A stretch of DNA of 64,000 nucleotides, taken from NCBI RefSeq assembly GCF_030144855.1, contig NC_082727.1:41850001-41914000 (forward strand). The letters are read 5' to 3'. Made by a program: the position numbers and the translations under genes. Position 1 is the first letter of the stretch; each line of letters begins with the position of its first letter. The notes below the pieces were generated by a model, which saw only the letters and a program-made list of their open reading frames with translations, had not been told where the DNA came from and made no database searches. Below are positions 63,383 through 64,000 of this stretch, piece by piece. This DNA comes from Hypanus sabinus (lineage: Eukaryota).

Positions 63383-64000
63383 GAACCAAGGTAGGCTTCA
63401 TATATTCTTCAAAATTATGCCATTCCTACTATGTTTCAGATGTGCTGCCTTGGAAAGCTGTGAAACCAGAGCAATGTACTGGACTGAAGACTTTAATTAT
63501 AGAGATGAATAATTTCTATTTTTAAATGATGATATAGAAGGACATATTTCTCAAGACTTTGCTATCAACAGGGAGCCTTGCCTGCCAGATGTGCATATAA
63601 AGAAATCAGAACCATGCTGCACTTTATCATTTTCTTTTGCATGGTTTGCTCCAGCAACGAGCTGGCACAAACATAATGTGTCAAATGGCTTCCTTCTGTG
63701 CTGTGAACTTCTAAACTTCATGGTCCTGTAGCTAGCAGAGATCCCTGCTGTCACTGTGGATTGGAGATATTATCTCAGCATTAGATGTATTTTGCATGCC
63801 TGTATTTCTATTTATGTACTAATAAGATGATGGGAAATAATTTTTAGATATTTGTTTCATAAATAATAACCGAGCAGGTGAAGATACAGGAAGGACTAAA
63901 GCCTAGAGCTTAAACTGTACAATTGCAAAAGATTTCTAGAAGTAGGAGGCAGTGCACCCCCCCCACCCAATAGTTTTTTTCTGCATATGCATGCTCTACA

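Noticed and set aside
47081-64000. DNTT exon 2 (expected ..THIVAENNS.. BRCT continuation)
   Set aside because: Acceptor-bounded frames in the unique stretches (47.1-48.9, 54.5-57.3 and 63.4-64 kb) showed no match by eye; the exon probably lies beyond the window.

Overview
Vertebrate genomic DNA, most likely from a cartilaginous fish (elasmobranch, probably a ray). This is inferred from the repeat content: HE1/V-type SINEs, shark/ray-type CR1, Penelope, Rex1/Babar and Tx1 elements. The window holds the 5' ends of two divergently transcribed lymphocyte genes. A BLNK/SLP-76-family adaptor lies on the minus strand (coding exons 8142-8068 and 7602-7540, encoding an N-terminal SAM-type segment). 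DNTT/TdT lies on the plus strand (coding exon 1, 46869-47080). The start codons are about 38.7 kb apart. No further exons of either gene could be identified confidently. Most of the remaining sequence is nested transposon debris. Highlights: a TIR-to-TIR Sleeping Beauty-like Tc1 element, a hAT-Buster element with a perfect 8-bp TSD inside the YxDD motif of a Tx1 LINE, a pol-less LTR element about 375 bp upstream of the DNTT ATG, three solo LTRs with perfect TSDs, a rearranged Gypsy element, several CR1 copies, and recurrent inverted Penelope arrangements carrying hammerhead-ribozyme relics. Most ORFs in the supplied track are spurious or are fragments of these elements. All family and gene assignments come from recalled sequence similarity; no database search was run.
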